A stretch of 64,000 bases of DNA from an uncultured candidate division Zixibacteria bacterium (GCA_963735035.1 CAVTJJ010000003.1:32001-96000), one strand, 5' to 3'. Numbered from the stretch's first letter, positions 20,736-31,858 are shown. The notes: generated by a model from the sequence alone, not told the origin. Numbers and translations: made by a program.

Positions 20736-21606
20736 GTCGTCGACGTATCCAGCCAACCGCGAGTGATATCCCCAATCCGAGCATCAGCAGGATTCCACAG
20801 AGCCACAACAGCGGGCACTCATACCATTTCGCATACTTGCGCAAGTAGCGATACATGGAGAAGTGCGAGATGACTTTCATCCGATACGGACGCTTGCTGG
20901 TTGAAGCCCCTACATGGTGTTCCACCACGGCAATTGGGTAATAGAGCAGGCGATATCCGGCCAGTTTCATCCGATGGCAGTAATCAACATCGTTGAACAG
21001 AATCGGAAACGACTCATCCATGTAGCCGATCTTTTCCACCACCGCCCGAGGCATCAGCATCACCGCCCCCATCGGTTGATCCACGAACATCGCAGTCTTG
21101 TGATCGAACCAACCCATACGCCAGTGGGAACACTCTCGATGATGTGGAAACAACCTGTCCAGCAACAGCGCCCGGTAGATTACGTGACGGTAAGTCGGCA
21201 GCGCCCTGGCTGATTTGTGAGGGCGACCATCGAAATAGACATACCCCGGGCCGATCATGCCCAGCTCCGGTCCGCTCTTCAGACGTTCCAGCAGCGCGCG
21301 TGTAGCACCCGGCCTGAAGCGCAGGTCCTGGTTCAGCACGTACAAGAACTCCCCGCATGCTCGTTGCATTCCGATGTTGACCGCGCGCGCAAAACCTAGA
21401 TTGGCGCCGTTCTCTATCAGGATGGCGTCGGAATGGTGTGCTTTGATATATTCAACTGAGCCGTCGACCGATCCGTTATCCACCAGAATCAACTCATGCG
21501 AAGTGAAGCTGAGATTCTCCTTGAGGGTGGTGAGCAGTTCCGGCAGGAACTGTCGCCCGTTGAAAACAATAACGATGGCGGAGATTTCAGGTCTATTGGC
21601 CGTCAT
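20722..21606 (-). CDS. glycosyltransferase family 2
   Basis: LVDNGSVDGS, NLGFARAVN, LNQD, DVDYC. Confidence 0.92.
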   Translation of the reverse strand: MTANRPEISAIVIVFNGRQFLPELLTTLKENLSFTSHELILVDNGSVDGSVEYIKAHHSDAILIENGANLGFARAVNIGMQRACGEFLYVLNQDLRFRPGATRALLERLKSGPELGMIGPGYVYFDGRPHKSARALPTYRHVIYRALLLDRLFPHHRECSHWRMGWFDHKTAMFVDQPMGAVMLMPRAVVEKIGYMDESFPILFNDVDYCHRMKLAGYRLLYYPIAVVEHHVGASTSKRPYRMKVISHFSMYRYLRKYAKWYECPLLWLCGILLMLGLGISLAVGWIRRRLTSS

Positions 21607-22844
21607 GTCGTTCGCCCCAGAAGCTCTGCAAAACGTTGCGCCAGCCTGTCACCGGAATATTCACGGGAATACTCATCCAGTGGGCTAAATCGGTACGTAC
21701 GCTCGTCGAATGTACGCACATACTTCAGAAGTTCTTCGGCGGCCGCATCGTAACCGTCATCGTGGAATCGACAGACTCGCCCGCTTGGCTCGGTAATGCG
21801 AGTGACTTCACTATCACTTGGCGCATGAATAACAAGTGGTCGTCCCGACGCCAACAAGTCGAACGTCCTGCCGGGCAGGAACCCAGCGCCTTCCTTGTCG
21901 GAGATACCGAGGTACAGAACGTGAGCCTCGGAAAGAAGCCGGATCGTATCATGGCGCGATTGACGCTGTTTCAGATCGAGAGTGATGTTCAACCCGCGTT
22001 CGATAAAGAGTCTGTGCATCCAGGTTGAGTCCACCTCACCCACCTGAAGCAACCTGATCCGTTTGATTCTTTCGGGATCGCGGCTCTTTGCCTGTTCGAG
22101 CAACTTCAACAATGGTTCGACTTCGCGAGTGTCGTGCTGATGACCGAGCAGTCCGATAGTGAACGTTTCCTGCGATGGCGACTGTTTCCACAACTCAGCC
22201 AGGTCCGGGTCATATCCATTAGGAATGACCTCTCCCTTACCGAGATATTCAACGATTGATCCGTTGACCGCGGTGATTGCCGAAGCCTGCTCTCGAATTG
22301 CATCCAGCAGCTTCCGGGCTCTGCTCAGCCTCTTCTCGTCGTGGTAGACTTCTTCGGCTTTGTAGATTGTCCAGAAATCTCTGAAGTCGACTATCCACGG
22401 AATGTTGTGTCGTTGCGCCAGGGCTTGCCCGATCAAATGACATGATACCGGTGGGGACGTACTGATGATCGCATCGTACTTACCGTCGCAACACAGCTTG
22501 TTGCCCAGCCTCTTAGCCGGTCCTACCCAGCCGACCTTGGAATCCGGGAAGAACTTCTCGGCAATCGGACGTGCGCTCGCAATTGTCGCCGCCTTCATTC
22601 GACGTACACCCAGCATATACAAAAGCCGCTGCGGGTCGTAGGAACCGGAACGATGGACCAACGAAGCTTCCAGACCGCTGAGAAGTTCCGGTTCGTAGGC
22701 CCGGTACAGAACCGGTTTGACCGTGAGAATTTCACACGACCAACCATATTGTGGCAAACGCTTGAAGAGATTGAGCGGCCGCCCAATGCCACCAAGCCCC
22801 ATCGGCGGAAAATAATAGCAGACCAGAAGGACTCGCCGGGTCAT
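21603..22844 (-). CDS. glycosyltransferase family 4-like
   Basis: YYFPP, STSPP, DFRDFW, IPNGYD, LASGRP. Confidence 0.88.
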   Translation of the reverse strand: MTRRVLLVCYYFPPMGLGGIGRPLNLFKRLPQYGWSCEILTVKPVLYRAYEPELLSGLEASLVHRSGSYDPQRLLYMLGVRRMKAATIASARPIAEKFFPDSKVGWVGPAKRLGNKLCCDGKYDAIISTSPPVSCHLIGQALAQRHNIPWIVDFRDFWTIYKAEEVYHDEKRLSRARKLLDAIREQASAITAVNGSIVEYLGKGEVIPNGYDPDLAELWKQSPSQETFTIGLLGHQHDTREVEPLLKLLEQAKSRDPERIKRIRLLQVGEVDSTWMHRLFIERGLNITLDLKQRQSRHDTIRLLSEAHVLYLGISDKEGAGFLPGRTFDLLASGRPLVIHAPSDSEVTRITEPSGRVCRFHDDGYDAAAEELLKYVRTFDERTYRFSPLDEYSREYSGDRLAQRFAELLGRTT

Positions 22845-23917
22845 GCCGATTTCTCCGCGATCAGGTCATGCATTACCGCGATCGTCTCGGCGATATTGTC
22901 TTCGAAGATCGCTTTCCGCTTCACCAGTGCGAGGTTAGTGCGGCGCATCGCGGCGACATCGGTTTCGCTCCGAAGCAGGCGCACGACTATGCTTCGCAAT
23001 TCTGATTCACGCTTCAAATCGAACAGGAATCCGGAACCGGGGGTAATCCACTCGCGGACGCCGGGGATGTCTCCGGCCGACGGAATAAGTCCAAGTCCCA
23101 TTGCTTCGAGCATTGACGCCGGTGATGAATCAGACAACGACGCCGATAGATACACATCGTGCGTAGCGGCGAATCTCAAATACTCGGCCCGAGGTAGCTT
23201 GGAATAGTACTTGATTCCCGACGAAACCAAACGAGCGGCTTCATTCTTGAACTCGTCCACCCGGCCGCCGAAGTCAGGAAACGTAAGTTGAACCATTCCG
23301 CCGTTGACAAGATCCGCGAGAGCGCGTACGACAAAGATGTTATTATAGACGGGTTCATGAACCCGCGGGATGATGATTCTTAGCGGCGTTCGCAGAGGGG
23401 TATCGTCACTTTCACGACGGACAAACTCCCGCTCGATGCCCCAGACGATCGTATGTCTTCGACGCAATTCACCAATCTTGGCCGCTTCTTCGATCAAATA
23501 ATCAGAATCGCCGATAACACCATCGGCCGATTCCAGCGCGAGACGGGTCTTCCGTCGATGAAACACCGATTTATGCGGTGCAATCAGGATGTCCGAGCCC
23601 CACAGGTGCAGCAACACCGGAATCTCTTTGCGTCGCTCCGCCATCGCCGCGAGAAAACCGTAGCCGGAGGCAAAATGCGGATTCAACAGGTCGGGTCCAA
23701 ACGTACGCATCAATCGCCTCACCTCGACTGCCGCCAGAGCGTAATGCATGATTCGAAAGGGACCGCGTCGATTCAACTGGTGATGCGGTATAGCGCCGTC
23801 TTCGAGCGATGCAGTCAACACGTCACACCCTTGACGTGCCAACTCGGCTACATACCGCTCGGTATGAAAAGAGCGGCTGTCCGCCAGAACGAGAACTTTC
23901 AGCCCGGCGCCGCTCAC
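22841..23917 (-). CDS. glycosyltransferase family 4
   Basis: WGSDI, SMLEAMGLG, DIPGVREWI; GTG 23917 overlaps the upstream stop. Confidence 0.88.
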   Translation of the reverse strand: MSGAGLKVLVLADSRSFHTERYVAELARQGCDVLTASLEDGAIPHHQLNRRGPFRIMHYALAAVEVRRLMRTFGPDLLNPHFASGYGFLAAMAERRKEIPVLLHLWGSDILIAPHKSVFHRRKTRLALESADGVIGDSDYLIEEAAKIGELRRRHTIVWGIEREFVRRESDDTPLRTPLRIIIPRVHEPVYNNIFVVRALADLVNGGMVQLTFPDFGGRVDEFKNEAARLVSSGIKYYSKLPRAEYLRFAATHDVYLSASLSDSSPASMLEAMGLGLIPSAGDIPGVREWITPGSGFLFDLKRESELRSIVVRLLRSETDVAAMRRTNLALVKRKAIFEDNIAETIAVMHDLIAEKSA

Positions 23918-24840
23918 ATGAGCCTCCCGATCCACGACCTGTGAGACCAGCAAGGATAGCTGTAAGTCTCGCCCCCCCATTTGTCCTTGTAGTAGGCCAG
24001 CGTCTCGGCGTCGCCCGGTGACGCTCCGAGGTTGAGTCTTGTAATTCCCTGCGCGGACAGTTCGCATGCAATGGAATAAGTTATCAACTGATTAGGCTTG
24101 AGAGGCGAGAACTGCTTGTCGAAGAAAACCTGCCAGTTGAGTAGCATATCCCCTTCGACCAGGTAGATATGCGACGCTGCCAACTTACCATCCTTCTCAC
24201 ACACCAACCAGCGGACTCGTCTATCCCTCTGGGCGAGAACGGCAAGTCTCTCGTAGAAGGCCGGCGAGTACTTCGGACGGCGCCCGTGGCGGCTTTCAGT
24301 GCGACGCATCAAATCAAGAAACGAGTCGAAGTGGCGATCCAAACTGAACTCGTCGACCGGCACGTCCTCGCGTTGAGCTTTTCTGATCTCCGATTGAAGC
24401 TTCTTGTCCGGCGGCAGCCAGGTCTCTGTGTTCAACTTCACAATGTTCGTACGGCATGATAGCGATTCGAAGCCGGAGACTTCGGATAACTGTCGACTAA
24501 AGTCATTGATATAGACTTTGGCGAATCCTGATGATGCTATCGCTTCGATCAACTGTCGCCCGGCGCTGGCACCATCTACGGACTTGTCGAGACACACAAT
24601 TCGTGAATACAATCCATCCGGCATAGCCTGCAATCTTGCCAGGACGCCCCGTCCGAATCGGACGCTCGGTAATATGGCCAGCGGCCGATCATCGTCGTAC
24701 AACACCCAGTAGATCGCGCTTCCGCCCATCTCATTCCAAAGAGCGGCGAAAGAGATCGATCCGAGCAGCGATTGGTCGTTCAGAGTTGTCGCCAGGTGCG
24801 GCGGGAGATCATCGATAACATGGGTGCGGACTTGCATCAC
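23914..24840 (-). CDS. GNAT/FemAB-like acyltransferase
   Basis: IRKAQR, KPNQL, LNLGAS, YKDKWGG typical of Acetyltransf_6/FemAB-like proteins. Confidence 0.8.
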   Translation of the reverse strand: MMQVRTHVIDDLPPHLATTLNDQSLLGSISFAALWNEMGGSAIYWVLYDDDRPLAILPSVRFGRGVLARLQAMPDGLYSRIVCLDKSVDGASAGRQLIEAIASSGFAKVYINDFSRQLSEVSGFESLSCRTNIVKLNTETWLPPDKKLQSEIRKAQREDVPVDEFSLDRHFDSFLDLMRRTESRHGRRPKYSPAFYERLAVLAQRDRRVRWLVCEKDGKLAASHIYLVEGDMLLNWQVFFDKQFSPLKPNQLITYSIACELSAQGITRLNLGASPGDAETLAYYKDKWGGETYSYPCWSHRSWIGRLM

Positions 24841-27047
24841 CGTCGCACCAGAAGGAACTTGCCGGTTCCGCTGTTACCCTGATCGTCGGTCAGGACATAT
24901 AGATAGACACCCGACACAACCGGTTCACCGGACGCGTTGCGGCCATCCCACACAGGCAGCGGACGTTCGGCCACCAGTTCACCCGCGACGGTGAAAACCC
25001 TCAGCCGGGCGCTGCCAGAGAAGTTGAAATTGAGCAGATCGTTAGAAGACTCTATTATATATGGATTGGGAAACGCGTACGCTTCGGCCACCTTGTCGGT
25101 CGGCGGGCCAACGGAGGAAAGGAGAATCGAAAGACCCGAGGACGTTGCCACATAGAGGTTTCCGGACAGTTCGTCGAAAGTCAGATTGTTGACGTAGTTG
25201 TCAAGCAATCCGCTATTGTCGGTCGTGTAGACCGTAATGTCACCGGACAAATTGTCCCTACAAGCCAGACCATTCTTAGCTCCGATCCACACATTCCCCC
25301 GGCTGTCGAATTCGATCATGGTGACGTCCGGTCCAAACCCCGGCGGTAACGCGACCTCTACAAAGCTCTCGAGGCCAGGGTCGAAACGGGAGATACCGTA
25401 GTTGGTACCCACCCACAATTCACCGAGCGGAGAAAAGCGAACCACCCGCACCACATCCGATACGATCCGATAGCGAAAATTCGGCTGAGTCTGGTAATAA
25501 TGCACCACACGGTCATCGGATCGATTGAACGGGTCGGCGCCGTAGTAATAATAGAAGACACCACTCAGACCGGAACCGACCGCTATCGCTCCTTTGTACT
25601 CGTCGATACTGACCATCTGCGCGGCGTTAAGTCCATCGGAGACTCCGAGCGATGTCCACCCGTCGGGCGAATCCATATTGTCCAGGCGGGCAATGGCGAC
25701 GCGGGTGCCGTCACGTGGTTCGAAATTGACGCCGAAGAAGAAATTGGCATTGACCGCCACATCGTAGCAGACAACAAAATTCGACCCCACTCCCCCAGCT
25801 TCTTGCAGGGTCGAGTTTAGGGCGGAGTAACGAGCCACCGTATCAGTGATGCGTGACATGCCGCCGCCGTAGGTCCCGACATAGAAGTTGTTGTTCTGAT
25901 CGGCTACTATCGCCTGACCTCTGCCCCCGACAACCACCGGCCAGTGAATCCATTGGTCGGAGGCTTCCCGGTAAGGTCCGGCGAGCCGGAACAGTACGGC
26001 CGTAGTTCCGTCACCCGCCACGGCGACATCGACCACGTCGTTGGCGGGCAGACCGGTGAAAGGATACTCGGCAAAATTGGTTCCGGACTGATAGTACAGA
26101 CCGCCGTCGGCCCCACCTAGCCAGCGTTCCCCCTTGAAGATAGTGCCGCATCGTACGCCGCCAGAAATGCCCGGAGTATTCAGCGACGTCACCGTACCGT
26201 CTACTACGACTCCCAGTCCGACCCGCGAGAAAACAAAAAGCGAATCGGTCGACGTTACCAATTGGTAAACAGAGGAACCGGACGAAAAAGGAAGCTGAGT
26301 GAAATCATCGGTCACTTCCAGTCGAAAGAGTCCGATGTCGGTTCCGACATAAGTTACGTTCTGATAGTTCACCACACAGCGGATCGTATCGCTGCCCAAC
26401 TCGGGATGGTTGTCATATCGATATCCCCGCCAGTTGTCCGGCGACTTGAGCATCGAGTGACTGGTGCGGTTGGCCACGGTTAGACCGGACGAGGTCGCCA
26501 GCCAAATACTGTCGCCCGACAAGGCAATGTCGTACACGAGCGGCACCGAATTGAGATCGTCGAACTGCTGAAATGCATCCTGGATCTGTCCGCCGTCGGC
26601 GGTCTTGGAGAACAGAATCAGGCCAGCGTCACTGCCTACCCAGAGAAAATCGCCGTCATCGGCCAGACGAAGCAGTCGAAACGGATGGCCATCATTATCC
26701 GCGATAGGATAGACAGCGGTCGAAGCACCGTCCCATCGAATCAAGCGACCGTTACCGGCCACCCAGATGATTCCATCGGCGGCGCGGATCATATCGGTCA
26801 CATCCGAGGTTTGAAGCTCGCTCAGATTACTGTACTGACTTCCGGGAACCAGTGGATCTGATATTGCCAGCAGTCCCCCTGAGGTAGTTACGAACAGCGT
26901 GTCGTTAATCACCACCATGCGGCGGGCTTCTGAAAACGAAGTCAGACTTCGCCAATCGGCGCCTTGTGCCGGCGCTGAGAGTAGCGGCGTAAGCAACGCC
27001 GCTACTGTGGCGCAACGCGCGATGACTTGGTACGACAATATATCCAT
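24837..27047 (-). CDS. PorZ-like double beta-propeller protein with C-terminal sorting domain
   Basis: WRSLTSF after the signal peptide; repeated LWVGT/VWIGA propeller blades; C-terminal AFPNP..VWDGRNASGEPVVSGVYLY..GKFLLVRR. Confidence 0.75.
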   Translation of the reverse strand: MDILSYQVIARCATVAALLTPLLSAPAQGADWRSLTSFSEARRMVVINDTLFVTTSGGLLAISDPLVPGSQYSNLSELQTSDVTDMIRAADGIIWVAGNGRLIRWDGASTAVYPIADNDGHPFRLLRLADDGDFLWVGSDAGLILFSKTADGGQIQDAFQQFDDLNSVPLVYDIALSGDSIWLATSSGLTVANRTSHSMLKSPDNWRGYRYDNHPELGSDTIRCVVNYQNVTYVGTDIGLFRLEVTDDFTQLPFSSGSSVYQLVTSTDSLFVFSRVGLGVVVDGTVTSLNTPGISGGVRCGTIFKGERWLGGADGGLYYQSGTNFAEYPFTGLPANDVVDVAVAGDGTTAVLFRLAGPYREASDQWIHWPVVVGGRGQAIVADQNNNFYVGTYGGGMSRITDTVARYSALNSTLQEAGGVGSNFVVCYDVAVNANFFFGVNFEPRDGTRVAIARLDNMDSPDGWTSLGVSDGLNAAQMVSIDEYKGAIAVGSGLSGVFYYYYGADPFNRSDDRVVHYYQTQPNFRYRIVSDVVRVVRFSPLGELWVGTNYGISRFDPGLESFVEVALPPGFGPDVTMIEFDSRGNVWIGAKNGLACRDNLSGDITVYTTDNSGLLDNYVNNLTFDELSGNLYVATSSGLSILLSSVGPPTDKVAEAYAFPNPYIIESSNDLLNFNFSGSARLRVFTVAGELVAERPLPVWDGRNASGEPVVSGVYLYVLTDDQGNSGTGKFLLVRR

Positions 27048-28598
27048 CGAATGATCAATATAAAGGCCAGCAGGATTGTTATCAACAAAGACCCTTTGCC
27101 GAACACATCGCCGATCAGGGTAAAGACCGAAAATCCGTCCAGAAGGCTGATGTTTCCGGTCATGGCGGTAACGGCATCCAGTGGCACTTCCTGCCTGATT
27201 CGGCCGTACCCATCGACAATATAGCTGAGACCGCTATTGGCGGCCCGGACTCCCCAGCATCGGTTTTCCACCGCCCGCGTAATGAAGGCGCGGGAATGCA
27301 TGTGAATCCCGACCGAGTGGCCAAACCAGGTGTCGTTGGTTATTTCGACAATAAAATCGGCGCCGTCAACAATCTGCTTCCGCACATATTCCGGGAAACA
27401 GACCTCATAGCAAATCAACGGTCCAAAAAGAGAACCGGCCGCTTTGAACAAGCATCGCCGAGTCGCCCGGATAGAAATCGGACCAGAAAGCAACGTCGTA
27501 AGTATCGATAAACGTCAGATACTTGGTCAGAACATCTTTGCGGAGAAACGGCAGATAGTCCTGATACGGCGCCTGCTCGGTGAACGGCACCAGTTTCACT
27601 TTGTCGTAGCGTCCGACCAGAAATCCCGTGCTGTCGAAAAAGTAAGCCGAGTTGAAATGCCGGTACCGATCCCCTTCGCGGCGCGCCCCTAACCCACCGA
27701 CCAGATGGCAGGTGTGCATATCCGAAACCAGTGACTGCACTTGAATCCGACGGGCATCGTCGTGTGAGAGATAGCTGGGCGCGGCGGTCTCCGGCCAGAC
27801 GACCAGATTGACCGGCTTGTCAATCGACCGCGCGAGGGAATCATACAAGTGGAAGCTGTATTCTTCGTTGTCATCGGCCCATTTCAAATTCACCGGAACC
27901 GACCCTTGAAGCACCGCCACCGGATACTTGCCCGGAATGAGAATCGGCGGGACTACCGCCCAACCGTAGGCGATGAGAATCACCACGATCCCTATCGATG
28001 ACAGCAACGCCGTGATCTTGCGGGCTATGTCGACCTCGCTTCGGAGCAATTGCCAGAGCAGGACATTGACCGTGACAATTACAAAAGTCAGTCCGTGCAC
28101 CGAGATGATCGAAACGATCTGCAGGATGTACAGGAAATAGCTTTGCGAGTAACCCAGATCCGACCAGGGGAAGGCAAACTCGGACAGGGTTCGGAAATAC
28201 TCCAGCCCGGTCCACAGAAACGGAATTGCCACGATGCCATAGATCGGCTTGATTTGATACAGCTTGTTGAATATGGCGAAAACCGCCGCGAAGTAGAATG
28301 CGACAATGGTCACCGCGGCCAAGATGCCGGGCGGCGAAACTTGCGCCACCCAATAGAGCGAGAAGGCATTGAAAAGAAAGGCGAAAAGCCACGCCGACCA
28401 GAAAGCTTCTTTGCCTTTGAGATTCGCGATTATGATGAAGGGGCGAACGAGTGAAATCCAGGCCAGGCATCCATACCAACCGGGATGGTGCGACAGCGCC
28501 AGAAGCATCGCCCAACCGGTCAGCTCCAGACGACGCTTCCGAACTTCTACTTCCGGCGGAAGAATCAGATGGCCAAGGCGTTTGAAGAAACCAGCCAG
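27002..28598 (-). CDS. lnt: apolipoprotein N-acyltransferase (frameshift near 27450; start uncertain)
   Basis: FPWSDLGYSQ, VVWPETA, YDKVKLVPF, then ICYEV, ITNDTWF, RAVEN, RAANSG in a second frame. Confidence 0.93.
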
Positions 28599-28632
28599 AA
28601 CGTCACCTCATCTCAGACTGAACAACTATCAC

Positions 28633-28717
28633 GTTGCGTCAGAGCCTGCCCCCGACCAGATCGGGGGTCCTGCCGAGGCCCGCCAAAGGCGGGTCGAGGT
28701 GTGACCTGACGCGTTAC
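28633..28717. repeat. nested palindromic repeat (GTTGCGTCAG..CTGACGC family)
   Basis: outer GCGTCAG/CTGACGC stem enclosing CCCCCGA..TCGGGGG and CCCGCC..GGCGGG hairpins; related copies at about 49351 and 50622. Confidence 0.75.
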
Positions 28718-28724
28718 GATTCTC

Positions 28725-29949
28725 TTACGCACCCACAAGGTGCAGCGTCCCCAGCAAATTTTCCATCTGCGGCATCAAATCGAGCCCGGTCATGAATCCC
28801 AGACCGCCGCTCGTGCAGGCCCGCTCGGAGAAAGCCCTGACATTGTCCACCCGGACACCCTGGCCATGGAACATCACCGGCACCGGGTCGGCCGAATGGG
28901 CTTTCATCTCGCACGGTGTGGAGTGGTCGGCCGTCCAGATCAAGAGCGTGTCTTCCGGCATATTCAACAGGCGGGGCACGGCCAGATCGATTCGTTCGAT
29001 GAAATCCCGCTTGCCGATATAGTTGCCGTCCTCACCGAGCGAATCGGCCGCTTTCACGTGCACAAACACGAAGTTGTACTTCTCCAGGCTCGCCACCGCG
29101 AGCTTGAATTTCGCTTCAATGTCGGTATCCGGCAGCGCGGTCGCGCCGGGGACATCGAAAATATGCATGCCGAGATAGGCACCGACACCCTTGTAGAGTC
29201 CGCCGCCGGCGATACAGCAGGCCTTGAGACCGTAACGCTCTTCGAAACTCGGCACATGTTTGTACTGCCCAGCTCCACGCACCAGGAGATAGTTGCCCGG
29301 GAGTTCGCCCCTGGCTTCGCGCTCTTTGTTGAGCGGTTGCTTACTTAGCACCTCATGCACTTTCGCCAGGAACTTATTGAGTACCGCGGCGGTCTTCTTT
29401 GCTTCAGGCGAATTGTCGGTCGGAGTGGCGTCACGCAGAGGTGCATCGGCACGATGCGGATCAGCATCGGTAATCTTGTCCGAGAGACCCTCGCCGCGCA
29501 TGATCACCCCCGCCCGGTGGGCTGTGCCCGGCTTAACTATGAATTTAATGCCGTCGATCTCCATCCCGTCGATGGCCTCGCACAGCGGCGCTACGACCCG
29601 GATGCGCCCTGCCCGACGGTCGATAATCTTGCCGTCCTTGACCGTGCCCATGTTGCCGCGCAGGGCAACATCGCCGTGCTTCAACTTTATACCCAGTCCC
29701 GCGACTTCGATAGGTCCCCGGCCGGAATAACAAGTAGCGATATTGTAGCCGAAAATTGTCAGGTGAGCCGTGTCGCTGCCGGGAGTCTGGCCCGCGGCCG
29801 AGCGTGTGCATCATACCGCACTCTCCTTCGGTCGCTAACTGGTCGAGATTGGGCGTCTGAGCCGCTTCGAGTGGCGTCACGCCGCCCAGCTCCGGAATCG
29901 GACGATCACCCAGACCGTCACACACTACCAGAATTACTCGTTTCAACAT
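28725..29949 (-). CDS. apgM: 2,3-bisphosphoglycerate-independent phosphoglycerate mutase, archaeal (ApgM) type (frameshift near 29790)
   Basis: DGLGDRP..TPLEAA, PGSDTAH, GRGPIE, FVHVKAAD, TADHSTP, HSADPVP. Confidence 0.92.
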
Positions 29950-29996
29950 CGGCAGTTCCTTTCCCACCGGTCACGCGACCGGAACAGAGTCCCTTG

Positions 29997-31046
29997 TTAT
30001 ACCAGAACGACCTTCTGGTTCCCCCGGCTAATTTCCCCTATCCGCCAAGACTTTTCACCTATTTGAGCCAGGCTGGTTATGACCGGATCGGCGACCTTCG
30101 GATCGACTACGATCACATACCCGACCCCCATGTTGAAGGCGCGGTACATCTCGTCGGTGTCAATCCCGCCCTCTTTCTGCAGGAATTGGAAAATCGGCAA
30201 TACCGGCATGACCCCTTTACTGATCCTGGCCGATAAACCGTCGGGAATGATCCGGTTCAGATTGCCCGGCAAGCCACCTCCGGTAATGTGAGCCATGCCT
30301 TTGATCGTATGTTTCTCCAACAGGGGGAATATCAGCGGGGCGTAGCAGCGATGAACTTTCAAGAGCGCCTGGCCAAGAGTCAATTCACTTCCTGGAAGCG
30401 GATCGTTAGGACCACAACCGGCAATCTCGAAAACGATCTTGCGAGCGAGCGAATAGCCATTGGTGTGAAGACCGTTGGAGGCAAGTCCGATACAGACATC
30501 TCCTTCGGCAATTTTGGAGCCGTTGATGACGCGATGCTCATCGACTACACCCACAATAAACCCGGCCAGATCGTATTCGCCCGGAGTGTAGAAATCGGGC
30601 ATCTCGGCCGTCTCACCGCCGAGCAGAGCCACGCTGTTGTTGCAGCAACCGCGACTGAATCCGGTGACAATATCACCTACCACTGCCGGATCGAGCTTGC
30701 CGGTGGCAATGTAGTCGAGGAAGAAAAGCGCCCGGGCGCCGTGAACGAGGATGTCGTTCACACAATGATTGACCAGGTCCTCGCCGACCGTATCGTGCTT
30801 GCCGGTCATGAAAGCGATTTTGAGCTTCGTGCCGACCCCGTCGGCCGAGGCTATCAACACCGGGCTTTTGACCCCTTTGAGGTCGGGACGAAAGAACCCC
30901 CCGAACGAACCGATTTCGCTCAGAACCTGGCTGTTGAACGTCTTGCGGGCGAGCGCCTTAATGCGTTCGACCGCCTGGTCACCGGCCTTGATATCGACAC
31001 CGGCTTCGGCGTAAGTGAGGCCCTTTTTGGGCGCGGGCTTATCCAT
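29997..31046 (-). CDS. purM: phosphoribosylformylglycinamidine cyclo-ligase
   Basis: TYAEAGVDI, DGVGTK, GGETAEMP, GLHTNGYSL, HITGGG, FNMGVG. Confidence 0.98.
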   Translation of the reverse strand: MDKPAPKKGLTYAEAGVDIKAGDQAVERIKALARKTFNSQVLSEIGSFGGFFRPDLKGVKSPVLIASADGVGTKLKIAFMTGKHDTVGEDLVNHCVNDILVHGARALFFLDYIATGKLDPAVVGDIVTGFSRGCCNNSVALLGGETAEMPDFYTPGEYDLAGFIVGVVDEHRVINGSKIAEGDVCIGLASNGLHTNGYSLARKIVFEIAGCGPNDPLPGSELTLGQALLKVHRCYAPLIFPLLEKHTIKGMAHITGGGLPGNLNRIIPDGLSARISKGVMPVLPIFQFLQKEGGIDTDEMYRAFNMGVGYVIVVDPKVADPVITSLAQIGEKSWRIGEISRGNQKVVLV

Positions 31047-31135
31047 GCCGGGAAGGTATTGGGGGGCGTCAATAATGTCAACTTGTTGTAATGCGGAGGT
31101 GGGTGGATTCGAACCCGCCGATTGGTCAGAAGCAA

Positions 31136-31216
31136 GTAGGTCAGGAGCCCTTAGGCTCCTGACAGGAAGCTCTGTCTATTACGAGATTGTCAGGAGCCCA
31201 AGGGCTCCTGACCTAC
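31136..31216. repeat. GTAG-tagged REP inverted doublet (REPIN-like)
   Basis: GTAGGTCAGGAGCCC-TTA-GGCTCCTGACA ... TGTCAGGAGCCC-AA-GGGCTCCTGACCTAC. Confidence 0.85.
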
Positions 31217-31219
31217 TAT

Positions 31220-31858
31220 CTATTGCGCTGGCTGTCGTTCTAATTCGGTCCGGGCCGAAAGGCGAGAAAGCATGAGGTGGTTCCAGGCGTGCATACAGCC
31301 GCCCAGCACTATGATCGTTCCGACCATCTCAAGCGTCTCTTCGACGGCTACAAAAGCGATTTCCGCCCAGGCCGGAAACGGCTTGAAGATAAACCAGATA
31401 ATTTCAAGGTTGAGAGCGCCCGTCCCGTACGCCACCAGACCGATCAGAATCCAGTTTCGGACGGTGCTTGCCTCATACTTCAGGAGAGTACGAAGCGTAT
31501 ACACCATATACGCGGCGGCCGGAGGGGCGTAGACATAGTACCACTTGATATGGACCGCCAGGGCTTCGTGCAAGGCCGCGGACTCATCGATCGAAAGATA
31601 ACAGTAGGCCAGGCTGGTCAGCAGCCAGAATTTCCGTGACGGAGATTTCGGATCGCTGTAGGCGAAGAGCCCCAGCGCGGCGACAGCCACCAAAAGAAGC
31701 AGCGCGGACGAATACCAGGTTGGTACGTTCAGTTCCTGATTGAGGTCGAACCTCTGATGAATCGTCCACGAAACGGTGTCGGGGAAGAAATTCATTGCGA
31801 GAAGAAACAGCACCGGCCAAAGCAGGTACGGCAGCACTCTCCGAATCGGTATCGTCAT
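31220..31858 (-). CDS. hypothetical multi-pass membrane protein
   Basis: about 6 hydrophobic segments; FDLNQELNVPTWYS, LSIDE..LHE, EETLEM motifs. Confidence 0.75.
   Translation of the reverse strand: MTIPIRRVLPYLLWPVLFLLAMNFFPDTVSWTIHQRFDLNQELNVPTWYSSALLLLVAVAALGLFAYSDPKSPSRKFWLLTSLAYCYLSIDESAALHEALAVHIKWYYVYAPPAAAYMVYTLRTLLKYEASTVRNWILIGLVAYGTGALNLEIIWFIFKPFPAWAEIAFVAVEETLEMVGTIIVLGGCMHAWNHLMLSRLSARTELERQPAQ

Noticed and set aside
31092..31120. tRNA-like 3' fragment (minus strand GGGTTCGAATCCACCCACCTCCGCA)
   Set aside because: The T-stem pairs poorly and no D-arm, anticodon arm or 5' acceptor strand can be built. There is no integrase nearby, so it is not called as a tRNA or att site.
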